This document shows, one piece after another, positions 27,294 to 38,400 of a stretch of 64,000 bases of DNA. Both the position numbers and the translations under genes were made by a program. The DNA comes from an uncultured Planctomycetaceae bacterium (GTDB lineage: Bacteria > Planctomycetota > Phycisphaerae > SM23-33): the NCBI GenBank assembly GCA_964557575.1, contig CAZLBC010000001.1, forward strand, positions 2,296 to 66,295, given 5' to 3'. Numbering within the stretch: position 1 is the stretch's first letter; the number at the start of each line of letters is the position of its first letter. The notes under the pieces are model-generated. The model ran no database searches, was not told where the DNA came from, and saw nothing but the letters and a program-made list of their open reading frames with translations.

Positions 27294-27946
27294 TCCTTGG
27301 CGTTTCCGTCCTCGATCTTCGGCAACCAATGCTTGCGACAACTCTCGTAAAAGTCCAGAAACTCTCCATGTTTTTCTTTGACGACTTCCAAAACAGCGTT
27401 CCGGTCGAACTCCTCGTTCCACGTTGTGAAGTTGTGCAAGGGGGAAGCGTCCACTTTCTCAAAGCCCGTGATCGCGGACAATTTGTCGAAGCTCGCCTGC
27501 ATGTGTTCCGCGAATCCGCAGAACAGGAACATTTCCGGACAAGGGTTCTTCGGAAGGTACTCCATAAGCCGTACCGGAAACCGTTCTGCGAAGTCCAGAA
27601 CGCCTTTGGGTTCCCCTTCGAAGTATTTCCCGTGTATCAGCATAGTGTCGCCTTTGACCAGCCAATTCTTTATCCAGTAAAAATAGAACGACGCCATGAT
27701 GGACACCGGGTCTCGAAGCCACGTGATCATTTGCCCCGGTTCAAACGTTTCGATCGCGCGCCCCTGCAACCGGTCGAAGTGCGTAAACACGAGCCGGTGT
27801 TTTTCACGATCGAACGCTTCTTCCTTCGAACACCACCAACTCTGGTCCTGCGTGAACCACTTCTTCCGAAGAAATATTCTGACGGCCGTCCCGGCGGTCT
27901 TCGGAACGTGCACAAAATAAAGTATTTTTTCCGGGGCGTACCGCAT
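27290..27946 (-). CDS. sulfotransferase-like protein (second paralog)
   Basis: HVPKTAGT PAPS-loop-like motif. ATGA-coupled to neighbours. Confidence 0.5.
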   Translation of the reverse strand: MRYAPEKILYFVHVPKTAGTAVRIFLRKKWFTQDQSWWCSKEEAFDREKHRLVFTHFDRLQGRAIETFEPGQMITWLRDPVSIMASFYFYWIKNWLVKGDTMLIHGKYFEGEPKGVLDFAERFPVRLMEYLPKNPCPEMFLFCGFAEHMQASFDKLSAITGFEKVDASPLHNFTTWNEEFDRNAVLEVVKEKHGEFLDFYESCRKHWLPKIEDGNAKE

Positions 27947-27971
27947 GTTCGCGCCTCGCTGCAAGCCCGCG

Positions 27972-28625
27972 TCACTTCTTCTCGAACCAAACCGCTCCGT
28001 TGCCCCCGTCGACGGTGTTCAGCAAAACCTCGCCGAAATACTCGGCGACCGCCTTGCGACAACCCGCGAGGTTGTAATCGTCTATGATCACTATACCTCC
28101 CGAACTGACAAACGGGTACAGGTGTTCGAGGCAGACAAGCGTCGAAGAGTACAAATCGCCGTCCAGCCGCAGCAACGCAATCGGATCGCCGTCCCACAAC
28201 GGAACGGTGTGCTGAAACCATCCCTTGTGATACTGAAGAATTTCCTCCGGCACGCCCCACCGATCCATGAGGCGTTGAACGCCTTCCAACGAACAAACGG
28301 AGTGCCCCGAGGACACGAGTCTTCCGGCCGCGTCGGGAGCCTTCGGTCCGATTCCCGGCTGCTGGTCGTCTTCGGGACCGGCTTCGGGGATTCCCTCGAA
28401 CGAGTCGAACAGGTGAAACTTTCGCGGAGGACCGTCAGGGTCCAGTCCCATCTTCGCCAACGCCATGATCGCAACCTGCGCGCCGCGATAAACCCCGCAC
28501 TCCACAAAGTCTCCCGGAACGCCGTTCTTCAGAACACGCTCGGTCATTTCATGCGTGTGGCGGTACACCGGAGGAGGCGTCAACGCGTTGTTCATGACCA
28601 AGTCTACGATATCTTGCTTCTTCAT
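27972..28625 (-). CDS. TylF/MycF-family SAM-dependent O-methyltransferase
   Basis: GDFVECGVYRG, LFDSFEG, LRLDGDLY and GGIVIIDDY motifs. AAGGAAG RBS. Confidence 0.7.
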   Translation of the reverse strand: MKKQDIVDLVMNNALTPPPVYRHTHEMTERVLKNGVPGDFVECGVYRGAQVAIMALAKMGLDPDGPPRKFHLFDSFEGIPEAGPEDDQQPGIGPKAPDAAGRLVSSGHSVCSLEGVQRLMDRWGVPEEILQYHKGWFQHTVPLWDGDPIALLRLDGDLYSSTLVCLEHLYPFVSSGGIVIIDDYNLAGCRKAVAEYFGEVLLNTVDGGNGAVWFEKK

Positions 28626-29200
28626 TCTGCGGTCTTCCTTGCTATCAAAACCGGAGGATTCTGATGTTCGTGTTCCGGAAATTCAAACCACCGGGAAAGT
28701 TTATCCCGCCACCACGCCATGGGGTGAACGGTCAAATGCAGGTTCTCCACGCCTTCCGGCGCGGGCGTCGAAGCGTAATGGGTCGCGATCGTCATGAACA
28801 GCATGCCGCCCGGTTTCAACTTGTCGCTCCACGTTTCGAACGTCGGTTCGACGTCGAACTCCCGAAGATGCTCCAGCATGTCGAACGATGTGATGGCGTC
28901 AACGCGCCCGGGTACCGCGTCCAGATTCCACGCGCCTCCGTGCAAAAACGTTATTCCCGCAGGAACCGGATCGTGCCGATGTACGTCGACTCCGTACAAC
29001 CGAACAACATTCGCGTCGAACATCTTGAGAAAGTTGAACCGTCCGCAACCGCAGTCGATCATCGAAGGATTGTCGCGGTCCGACAGAAACCGGGATACGG
29101 ACGGCTGCAGTTCGCCGCCGTGATTCGTCGTTCCGTACTGTGGGTTTTCAGCATACACCTCGTCATACACGCGCCGGTAAAACGCTTCGTTCGCGCTCAC
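28622..29200 (-). CDS. class I SAM-dependent methyltransferase
   Basis: GTG start after GGAGGA. Motif I IDCGCGRFNFL; also DAITSFDMLEHL and LKPGGMLFM. Confidence 0.6.
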   Translation of the reverse strand: MSANEAFYRRVYDEVYAENPQYGTTNHGGELQPSVSRFLSDRDNPSMIDCGCGRFNFLKMFDANVVRLYGVDVHRHDPVPAGITFLHGGAWNLDAVPGRVDAITSFDMLEHLREFDVEPTFETWSDKLKPGGMLFMTIATHYASTPAPEGVENLHLTVHPMAWWRDKLSRWFEFPEHEHQNPPVLIARKTAE

Positions 29201-29946
29201 AAGTATTTCCTCCAGTCAACGGAAGGAAATACCTTCAGTCGCCCTCCCGTGCCGTTAAGTATCGTCATTTGAGGATTGGCGTCAGCCAACTTGGCCCAGT
29301 GTTTTAATGAAACTTCCAACGCGAGGTCGGTTGTCAATTTCTCGCCGTTCTCCTCTTTCTCGTACTGACGCGCCCGCGCTTCCATCCAAGGAAGAAGCCA
29401 CGCGTCTTCAGGCTGTCCGGGAAATTCGTAGAAGTATTTCTTTCCGTCCTCTACTTGACAGTCGTTTCCAAGAAGGATTATCGGACTGCACCCGAGAATG
29501 GCGGCGAAATGAACCGCGCACTGAATGGAAGAGTGCCCGTATATGAGATTCTTCGCGGAGGGGTCCATCAGCAGGGTTTCGTGAGTGCTGTCCGCGAACG
29601 CGTACAGCAAGTACCTGTACTGTGGTCGGTAAACTCCTCCCCACCAGTCAACGCACTGAATGTTTTGCGTCGCCATGACAATATCACAGTTCGCCCACCG
29701 AACCGTTTGCCAATGCTTTCGCCAGATTACCCGCCAGTCGCTTGAAAAGAAAAAAGGCGCGCTCGGAAACTTTACGATCGCGCTGTTCACGGCGATGACC
29801 GGTTTTCCCTTAAACGCATCTTGCGGAATGCTTCGAAGGCTCGGACCCGACGCCGCGACAAAACCGGGTTGGCCCTTGTACTGTCCGCGCACCGCGTGGA
29901 ACGGGTCGTTTTTATTATAAAAATCCGCTATCGAAAAAGGTTTCAT
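29197..29946 (-). CDS. DUF115/MptE-like (Maf-type) glycan-modification protein
   Basis: PVIAVNSAI...GHSSIQCAVHFAAILGCSPIILLGNDCQ resembles the 6-hydroxymethylpterin-diphosphokinase-like fold found in motility-accessory-factor glycosylation proteins. Confidence 0.45.
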   Translation of the reverse strand: MKPFSIADFYNKNDPFHAVRGQYKGQPGFVAASGPSLRSIPQDAFKGKPVIAVNSAIVKFPSAPFFFSSDWRVIWRKHWQTVRWANCDIVMATQNIQCVDWWGGVYRPQYRYLLYAFADSTHETLLMDPSAKNLIYGHSSIQCAVHFAAILGCSPIILLGNDCQVEDGKKYFYEFPGQPEDAWLLPWMEARARQYEKEENGEKLTTDLALEVSLKHWAKLADANPQMTILNGTGGRLKVFPSVDWRKYL

Positions 29947-30641
29947 TCCGGAACTTGCCCCATCCCTTGGTTTACGAAAAGAACGTGATCGGCGACTTCG
30001 GAATCCGGCGACGCGTAGACCATTTTAGACTTGTCGCTGTCTATCCAGTGCACGCCCATTCGCGCAGTTACAACGCTCATCGCGGTCTGATCATGCCGAT
30101 GGCCAAGCACGCGCGGATCGCTCGAACAAGAACCGTCGTTGTTGTTCCACGGACCCGGGAAGATGTTGCCATCATTCCCCATCTCGATCATCGTGTCAAG
30201 AAACGCGTTCGCCTTGTCGTTTCGAAAGTCAAGACCGACGATGCACCCCATCAAGTCCGTCATTTCCATGGCTTCGTCCCGGGTCAAACCAAGACGCTCC
30301 AACGCGGCGTCGTGGCACCACTGGCCGACTTTCCACCCGTTGTACTGAAAATACCATCCGGTCTTATCGATGTATTCCAGTATCGGGTCGATCGGCTTCA
30401 TGACGGCGATCGCCGAGTCGAGCCAAAGCACGACGTCGTGCCCGTTCTCCTTTGCAATGCGGATTGCGTGGAACTTGAACGCGTACGGCGACGCTTCATG
30501 CGTCGGACTCCCCGGAGGAAACTCGTTGGTCCATTTAAGGAGCGGAACTTCGGGAGAGTGACGATTGAGCGTTCGTTCGAGTCTTCGCTGCCCTCTCGGG
30601 TACCAGCCCCCGACCGCGACGTTGACAACAACGGGATTCAC
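29943..30641 (-). CDS. putative glycosyltransferase
   Basis: GTG start after AGGAGA. Only weak similarity to nucleotide-sugar transferases. Confidence 0.4.
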   Translation of the reverse strand: MNPVVVNVAVGGWYPRGQRRLERTLNRHSPEVPLLKWTNEFPPGSPTHEASPYAFKFHAIRIAKENGHDVVLWLDSAIAVMKPIDPILEYIDKTGWYFQYNGWKVGQWCHDAALERLGLTRDEAMEMTDLMGCIVGLDFRNDKANAFLDTMIEMGNDGNIFPGPWNNNDGSCSSDPRVLGHRHDQTAMSVVTARMGVHWIDSDKSKMVYASPDSEVADHVLFVNQGMGQVPE

Positions 30642-30651
30642 GCTTGTTCTC

Positions 30652-32910
30652 CTATTCGTGTCTGCGCGTCCGTCTGGACGACTTGCGATCGTGCGGGTCC
30701 TCCCGTTCGGCCTTCACGCCTTCCGTGCGAAAAGACGACCGATGGTGCGACGGCGGACCGTCCTCGTTTTTCTCGGCGGTTTCCCGCGCCTGCTGTTCCC
30801 GGATTTGCTGGCCGAAGACGGACGCCGCTCCTTCCGGCGTCGGCCGGTAAACGTACAACGGAACGGGGATGAACCGTTCGGTCTTGATCATTCCCGATTT
30901 CGCCATGCGCTCCGAATAATCGGCGTCCTCGCCGAAACTGGCGTTAATGAAGGGGAACTTGATCGCGATCGACCGGCGAACGGCGTTCCAGTGGTTCGGC
31001 GGCCGGAAGTACATGTGATCGTTCTCGAAATAATGGTCGTACATCAGGCTGTGAATGAACGGCTTGGGCGGGTCGGACATCATCATTCCGCCGAACGTGA
31101 CCGCGTCCACGTCTCCGGCGGCCAACGCGCCGAGGATCGTCTCCATGTACTTGTCAGAGACGTCGTCGTCATCGTCGAGGAACATGATGTATTCCCCGCG
31201 AGCGCGTTGAATCAAATTCGTTCGCTTCTCGCCGATCGTCCGCTGTCCGGAGTCCTCGTCGATCAGAATTTCAACGCTCCGTTCCATCCGGATCGCGCGA
31301 ATCTGGTCCGCGATCTTCCCGCACAACGCCGTGCGCATGTCGCGCCGCTTTACCATCGTCGGCATCAGGATCGATAAGAGCATGCGCGGCTGTACGCCGC
31401 CGAAATCCTCGGATTTTCGCCGAAGGTAGACCGGTTGGTCGATGTGGTAAAACTTGGAATCCCGGGAGTACAACTCGTCGGTAATCTCCGCGCCGTGCGT
31501 GGACGGGTGGACGTGGTGAACAACCGACCAGTCAATGTACGCCTGCCGGGCGAGGAGACCGCCGACGTCCGTGAACTCGTTGTCGCACCACATCCCCTGA
31601 TACGCGGGATTGTACGCGTACCCGAAGCGGTCGTAATACTTCTTTCCGACGATGACCTGCGTGTTCAACCGCTTGCCGACGCCGCCGTCGTGAAACCAAA
31701 GGCTCCCGTCGGTATCCGGGAAATACTTCTCCATGGCCATGAGGATCGCGTCGTCCCACCCGGCGAACTGGGGAATGACGTCGTCTTGCGCGAGCATCAT
31801 GACGTCCCACGGTTCCGTAACGTCGTTGATCCCCCGATTGAACGCGTCGATCTTGTTCCTCGACGAACCGCCGACGATCGTGATCTCGCATCCGTACGCT
31901 TCACACGCGGCGACGCGCTGCAGGATTTCCTCGGTCATGGTTTCATCGTCATCGTCGTACACGACGAGAAAGTGAACCTCGTTGCGCCGCGAAAGCTGCC
32001 TGCAGTATTTTTTCTCGAACACGTCGAGGAACTTCTCCGGACGTGAACGCGTCGGAAACTTGACCAAGAGCCGGTGCATCCGGCGAACGCCGCCGCCGAG
32101 TTGCAAGAAGTTGGACGCCGGACGTTCCGGCGCGTTGCCTCGTCCGACCATGTTCTCGATGTTGTGGCGCGCGAAATCGTTCCGGTTCGGTTCGTGCGCT
32201 TTGTCGTACAAGAGACTGTCGAGGTAATCCGCCGGGTTTTCCTCGGACTTCAGTTTCGATATCGGCACGACCGTCTTTCCGAACGACACGGCCTTGGACA
32301 CGGGACGTTCCGTTTCCCGCGCCGGATCGTAGAACACGACACGGGAACACATGATTGCCTTGTCAATGTCGTCCGGCATGCAGACCGAATAGTTCACCGG
32401 GAACTGCGACAGCGTGTCCACGACATCCTTGGTCACCGGGGGGAGGATCGTGAACTGCTGCCGGTTCTTCAAAAAAGCCTGAATCAACTTCAGCCATCCG
32501 GGGTCGTCCACCGGAAGGCCGTACACGCACACTTCGGATGACGGAACATTGAAAGACACCGGTGCCCACGCGCTGTTTCCGACCACGCTGCGAAGCGTGT
32601 CGACGTCGCTTTTCACGGCCGTGATGATCCCGGCGAACCGGCCTTCCTTGGCAGCCGTCATGGAACGGATCAGGAGTTTCCGATCGACGGACGCGACCAG
32701 TCCGAACACGCGCCCCGGAAACTGTTTGCACAAGTACCGGGTGCCAAACGCGTCCGGGTCGTCGGCGACGAAAAACCAGTCGTACCGGGACAGGCTGAGG
32801 TGCATCGCCCGGTCGATCGGGTAGAAATCGAACCCCTGCGCGACGGCGAGGGCCTCGGCATACGCGTAAGCGGCTTTCGTCTTTGTCGACGCGATTACAC
32901 AGGCTTTCAT
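30652..32910 (-). CDS. multidomain glycosyltransferase (two GT-A/GT2-like DxD domains)
   Basis: LSILMPTMVKRRD...IMFLDDDDDVSDKY and VHFLVVYDDDDETMTEEIL show GT2 DxD signatures. 752 aa. Confidence 0.7.
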   Translation of the reverse strand: MKACVIASTKTKAAYAYAEALAVAQGFDFYPIDRAMHLSLSRYDWFFVADDPDAFGTRYLCKQFPGRVFGLVASVDRKLLIRSMTAAKEGRFAGIITAVKSDVDTLRSVVGNSAWAPVSFNVPSSEVCVYGLPVDDPGWLKLIQAFLKNRQQFTILPPVTKDVVDTLSQFPVNYSVCMPDDIDKAIMCSRVVFYDPARETERPVSKAVSFGKTVVPISKLKSEENPADYLDSLLYDKAHEPNRNDFARHNIENMVGRGNAPERPASNFLQLGGGVRRMHRLLVKFPTRSRPEKFLDVFEKKYCRQLSRRNEVHFLVVYDDDDETMTEEILQRVAACEAYGCEITIVGGSSRNKIDAFNRGINDVTEPWDVMMLAQDDVIPQFAGWDDAILMAMEKYFPDTDGSLWFHDGGVGKRLNTQVIVGKKYYDRFGYAYNPAYQGMWCDNEFTDVGGLLARQAYIDWSVVHHVHPSTHGAEITDELYSRDSKFYHIDQPVYLRRKSEDFGGVQPRMLLSILMPTMVKRRDMRTALCGKIADQIRAIRMERSVEILIDEDSGQRTIGEKRTNLIQRARGEYIMFLDDDDDVSDKYMETILGALAAGDVDAVTFGGMMMSDPPKPFIHSLMYDHYFENDHMYFRPPNHWNAVRRSIAIKFPFINASFGEDADYSERMAKSGMIKTERFIPVPLYVYRPTPEGAASVFGQQIREQQARETAEKNEDGPPSHHRSSFRTEGVKAEREDPHDRKSSRRTRRHE

Positions 32911-33668
32911 CAGAAGAACCCTTTCAGCTTCTCGGGAATTTCCCCGTTTCGCAATTGTTCCATAGCTTCATCGGGGTTCACCCCGAGGTTGCGTATAAGA
33001 AACTCCAATGATTTTTCATCGTTTGGATTGATTCCGATCGCGTACAAACGCTGTCGAATCTTTTCGGCCATCTCCGGCGGAAGCTGCGCGAGCAGACCGG
33101 ACAACGTACGCTGCGCCGGGGTCTTGATCGGGTTGGCCCCTTCCTGTCCGCGCGCTTCGGCGATCCGCTGTTCTTCCGTCATGGCGATTCGCGCCGAGAA
33201 CGCTTCTCCGAGGCCGCTCATCACAACGCCCATCAACGGTTCGATGTATTCAATGCCGACCTGTCGGTCGGATACGTCCTCCAGCACGCCTTCCATGTTA
33301 AGTACGACCCGATCGACGATTTCGTGTATTTTGCGGCGCGTAAGCGCGACCTTGCTCATGTTGCGCGCGTCGTTCAACAGCTTGGAACTGGAAGTGCGGA
33401 CGGCGGCGAACAAGTCTTGGCGGGGGATCAACCGCATGCAGTAGTTGCTGCAATAGACTTTTATCATCGGTTTGAATCGCCGAAGACGCGCGGCGACAAG
33501 CGCGGTTTGCGGGCTTTCCGTGAACACCGACTTGGGGGCTTCCGGTTCGGTTTCCCGCTTCGGCTTGGCCTTGTCGGCGGCGTCGAACGCGGTAATGAAA
33601 TCACGCGCCTTGGACGCGCGTCCGCCCCACAGCTTTTTCTTTCTCGGTCTCGACGTGTCGTCGGTCAT
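32910..33668 (-). CDS. hypothetical protein
   Basis: Lies between the portal gene and the glycosyltransferase. ATGA overlap. Confidence 0.5.
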   Translation of the reverse strand: MTDDTSRPRKKKLWGGRASKARDFITAFDAADKAKPKRETEPEAPKSVFTESPQTALVAARLRRFKPMIKVYCSNYCMRLIPRQDLFAAVRTSSSKLLNDARNMSKVALTRRKIHEIVDRVVLNMEGVLEDVSDRQVGIEYIEPLMGVVMSGLGEAFSARIAMTEEQRIAEARGQEGANPIKTPAQRTLSGLLAQLPPEMAEKIRQRLYAIGINPNDEKSLEFLIRNLGVNPDEAMEQLRNGEIPEKLKGFF

Positions 33669-33712
33669 GGCCGCGCTCCACTCCGTAGGTGGTCAGGCCG
33701 CGCATCAAACGT

Positions 33713-35455
33713 TTATTCGGCGGTCTGCTCCGAGGTCTTGTCGGTCTTGTCGGACTTCTCTTTCTCTTTCTCCGCACGTTTGCGCTCTTCTTCGAGGGCG
33801 TCAAGCCGTTCGGCGAACTCCGCGCGGAACTTCACGCGTTCGTCGCCCTGCCGCAGGTCCGATTCAACCATTTTCATCAGGTCTCGCGGGAGCTGCAGTC
33901 CGACATTCCGAGACTCGACGCGCCATTCGACATTCCGTTGCTGACCCTCTTGGATCGCCTGCGCGACTTTCGGGTGCGTCATCACGTTTTCGGTCGCTTC
34001 CTCGGGAGACGCCCCGGTATTCCGAAGGTCGTGTAGCGCGTCGATGACGGTCTCGGTAAACGACTTCGTGAATATCGGAAACTCCGTAAGAACGACTTCC
34101 AACCACGCGGATTCATCGACCCCGAGCGTCGAACCGATCCGCGCGAGCGTCTCCATGGACCGCAGCCGCGCCTCGAACGTTTCCAGCCGGTATAGCTCTT
34201 CCAACGCGCTGGGCGGAACCATGCACAGGGTAAACGAATTTTCCTCGATGAGCGGATCGACGCCTCTGTACTTCAAATCCATCATCGCCAAACGGGCGAC
34301 CTCTGCAAGAAAAATCCTCTGGAGATTCGCGGCTTGCCGCGCGAACCTCGAATCCTGCTGAGACGGGCTTCGTTCGAAATTCGCTTGCCCCTCGTACCCG
34401 AAGTACCCCTTCGGCGCGCGCAACGCGCCGAACATGCGGTCGAGGAACATTTCGAGGTCCCGCATGTCGTCGACGCCCTTGGTTCCGGGAAGCACTTCAA
34501 CGTCCGTTTGATCCGCTTCGCGGAACCAGATGAAGAAATCCTCGTTTTCAGCCAGCAACGTGTACACGCTGGCGAAGTCGACGTTCGTCGGGTCGAAGTT
34601 ATAATCGCGCTTGACGTTCCGACGGTACTTCTCGATTTTCATTTCGGCGTCCACCGCGCCGAGACCGGTCACATCGATCTTGTGCTTGTAACGGTCGGGG
34701 TTTCGAAGCAACCGCATCAACGCGACCTTGTCCTCCATCATCTGAACCTGACGCCAGATGCGGCGGGCACCGAACAGCGTGGACGTTCCGTAAATTCGCC
34801 GCACGCTTCGCCCCAGTTTCCGGAAATGCAGGAAATCCCACGGCTTGGACAGAAGCTGAATGTTCTTCTGCTTGCTGACTTGCATGCCGTAGTTGTAGGT
34901 TTCCTCCGACTGGTACGGCGTGAAACCGCGAAGACGTCCGTACTCGTCGTGTACGCGGGAAATCGTCGCCGGGTGGTAGTTTATCAGCCGCTGAACGCCT
35001 GACTTCGGCTCCGCCAGAATGAACTCGAACTCGTCGCCGTACTTGGCCAACTGCCGCATGATCGGCTGCGCCAATTCGTCGGAAAGTCCGGTTTCGGCCA
35101 ACATGCTGTTGACCATGGACTCGACGTCCTTGTTGTGGCTCTCGCACCATACGATGACTCCGCGCCGGGCGTCGCGCTGCGTGGCGTCTTCGGTCAATTG
35201 TTCGAGGAACGCGAAGATCGTCGGGTCCAATTCCATCTCATCGTACAGGGCGTAGAGCAACGCCCGCTCCTCCTCGAACTGGAGGAGTTGGTTGTACATC
35301 ATCGACATCGGGTTCGGCACGACTCCGGTCGGCGTCTCGACGCCCATCGCGCCGGGGAACGGGAGCCGAACCGGTTGACGCGAAAGCGGCTTGTCGTAGC
35401 CGTAAAGCTGCAGAAGCGACGGTTCCGGAGAAAGAGAATATCTTTTGACAACCAC
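33713..35455 (-). CDS. portal protein (putative)
   Basis: 580-aa gene starting 3 nt after the terminase stop. GTG start after AGGGAGG. Call rests on size and position. Confidence 0.5.
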   Translation of the reverse strand: MVVKRYSLSPEPSLLQLYGYDKPLSRQPVRLPFPGAMGVETPTGVVPNPMSMMYNQLLQFEEERALLYALYDEMELDPTIFAFLEQLTEDATQRDARRGVIVWCESHNKDVESMVNSMLAETGLSDELAQPIMRQLAKYGDEFEFILAEPKSGVQRLINYHPATISRVHDEYGRLRGFTPYQSEETYNYGMQVSKQKNIQLLSKPWDFLHFRKLGRSVRRIYGTSTLFGARRIWRQVQMMEDKVALMRLLRNPDRYKHKIDVTGLGAVDAEMKIEKYRRNVKRDYNFDPTNVDFASVYTLLAENEDFFIWFREADQTDVEVLPGTKGVDDMRDLEMFLDRMFGALRAPKGYFGYEGQANFERSPSQQDSRFARQAANLQRIFLAEVARLAMMDLKYRGVDPLIEENSFTLCMVPPSALEELYRLETFEARLRSMETLARIGSTLGVDESAWLEVVLTEFPIFTKSFTETVIDALHDLRNTGASPEEATENVMTHPKVAQAIQEGQQRNVEWRVESRNVGLQLPRDLMKMVESDLRQGDERVKFRAEFAERLDALEEERKRAEKEKEKSDKTDKTSEQTAE

Positions 35456-35458
35456 GGC

Positions 35459-38400
35459 TTACGCCTCCCTGTTCTGAATCATTTCCCGGACCTTTTTAAG
35501 CGTCGACTCCTGATAGGTCATCGCGCCGTCGACGGTCGGAGTCAACAGTGTACCGACCTGCTCGTCCTGCATGCAATTCCAAACCGCGCCGCACACGGAG
35601 TCTGAAACATCCTTGCTGTTGTGCACAAAAACCCCGACCGAAAGAGCGAAATTATTCCACTCGTCGACTTCAAGGTCGTAGACGGGAACCGGCTCGTCCA
35701 GAGTAACCGGAATAACGTACCGGACTCGATGGTTGTCGCCGGTTTCATCAGCCAAGTACCGGTCCCGGCTTTCGTACCCGCCATTACGTGGAAACTGACG
35801 AGTTATCGGCATCAACCGGTCCCGCACGGGTACGAGGTCTTTGGCGCGCTTATACGAACCGTCTCGGAGCATCCATAGGTGTTCCGGAGTGCACCGAGCA
35901 ACCGCGCCGTTGTCGAGTATCACGTCAATCAGGTTCTTCGTGGTCTTCGTTTTACGCCCGCGCGCCCAACCGGCGACGATACTCCCGTCAGGCCGTGCGG
36001 AATAGACCCATCCTTCCCAACCGTCCAATTCCGAAATCCGGCGACACGTCCCGTCAAGCAGCGGGATTCGGGTGTCACCCGTAAAACAACCGCCCGGAGG
36101 GTGATCAATCTTGTCTTCGTCAGTCAACTCCAACGCGAGCAACTCGTCCTCAAGAACCTCGTGTTTCGGCCATGTAATCCGGTTCTCGTTCAGGATTGTT
36201 TTGAAAACATAATACTGTTCCGGACGCCTGTCGAGCGTCAGATACCCGGCTTCGATCCGGGACTTCTTCAGGTATTGAATTTCCCCCTGACCGGCCGGAG
36301 AGTCGTACGTTACTTTTCGGAGGACGAAGTTTTTCTCTTTCAGCCACAGGATGAAATCGCGGATTTTCTCCCAGTCCACTTCGTCCGTGTCAGGCGTGAT
36401 CTGAAGCGCGAAGTCGACCTCTATCGTCAACTCCGTACGCCGGTCGTAGTGTCCGGTGTCGGTACGGACCTGCCGCGAAACGGCTTTCGTCGGGTGGACC
36501 ATCGCGACGCCGACGGCGTCGCCGTTTCGCGAAATGTCAACATGGATGTACCGGGGGGAGTGCGGCATGCGTTTCGGGACGTCGCGGGAAGATCGAACCG
36601 TAAGGAACTCTTCGCGGAGAACGTAGTCCTGAATGCGGTCCGGGCGTTGAAGGTCGATCTTCATCGGACAGTCCCAGCGCGCTCCCATCCCGGCAACGAA
36701 CGGGTGCGGAAGAACGGCCTCCCCGTCGTTCTCCCACTCGACGGAAGCCTCTATAATCGGCTGGCCGCGAGGGAAGAACGGATTGATCGCTTCCGACGGT
36801 ATCCCGGCGATGTCGCGCAGGGAACCGATCGGGTCTTCGTTGAACGCGCGGAAATCCTCCACCGGGACGTCAATAGTGCGAACGCCGCGCGGAGGATTTC
36901 CTCCCTTCTTGATGCGAAACTGTCCGAATCCAAGGTTTTCCACGCCGTCGAGACAATGCGGCTTCACGAATTTGTTGCCGACAACAAATCGAAACGTCAA
37001 CCCCGATTCCCGCCGTCCGGATTTCGGCTGAAATTCCCACTGCGGGCCGCCGACGACGTGCACGTTCCGGTTGTTGGCAACCTCGCGCTTCCGAATTTCC
37101 AAGTACGAGTTTGACGCCTTCGTGGACGAAATGTGAATGATCATGCCGGACGTCGCGAACCGCGATTCCATGCGCCGGGAAGTTTGCTGGACGAGGCTGT
37201 GGACCTTCCCCTTCTCTTCCAACGTCTTGGCCTTCTTCTGCTTCTTCGTCTGCATGTGGAAGTTCATTTCGTCGATGGCCAGACAAAACAGGTTGTGTCC
37301 AAGAACGTGAAAAGCAGCGGAACCGATCATAAACTTAATATTCTTGGGGAAATGCAGTTCGCTGTACTGCTCCTTGTACCAGAACTTCTCCTTGAAATAC
37401 GGCGACTGGTCCAGAAGACCGAGAAGCGTCGACATTCCGACATCCGTCAATCTCAACGTCGCGTTGTAAATACCGAAGACGATCGGAGACCCCTTGGACA
37501 ACCCGTGGTATCCGGCGGGATCGCGCAGGCAGGACAACTGATAAAGTTTGAAGATCATCATGACCATGGAATTGAACGTGTTGTGACTCATGAATCCGTC
37601 GGAAACGTAACTCGGGTCGTCCTCCACCGACAAGTCGTAGCAGTGCGCGTGATCGTCGTCCACGGTTTCGACCGTATCAAATAGCAGGTGTCCTCTGGCG
37701 ATAGCGCACAGAACGTCAGGAAGCGTTCCCGCCGCATCCAAGACCTCGTTCAAGAGCCGTCTGGTTGCACGTTGTTTAACGAGGCGTCTCAGGAGCCGGG
37801 ACGGTCCCTTGCGCTTTTCGTACCCGTCTGGAGCCTCTCCGCGTTTGTGCCGGGGCTGCATCTTTCGAAGTTCAGCGACGCATGTCTCAGGAATCCTGAA
37901 CGAAAACGAGTGATCACAGTTTCGGTTCCACCGGGAAGCCCGTTCGATCAAAGCCGCTTGTTTCCGGTCGTGGTAGTGACCAATCTGCGCGGCGAACTTT
38001 GCTTGAGAGTCCGTACCGACAACCCGAACGGTATACGCCCGCCCTGTAACGTAACGAGTGCCTGCGTCAGTATACGCGGCTTCCTTTGACGTAACCGAAC
38101 AGTACATTCCGAGCGACGTCAAAAGAACCCGAACCTGACGCGCTAATTGCTCAGACGTTGTCGTGAGGGAACAGTCCGAATCGCCGCTGTACCCGTCGCC
38201 CGAGAACAAACCCCTGAGATACGCGCAAACTCCCGCTCGGCTGCTTCTGAAAACAACTGGAGGAATCGTGCGGGTCCCGCTTTTTTGACCTTCGCCTTCT
38301 CGAAGAACCGAATCCGGTCTTGGTTTAATCGTGAACTCTTTTGAAAACTCAGACCGTGCATCTCGGCTTCGTTCGTGAACCCACTCGATTCCAAGTTCTT

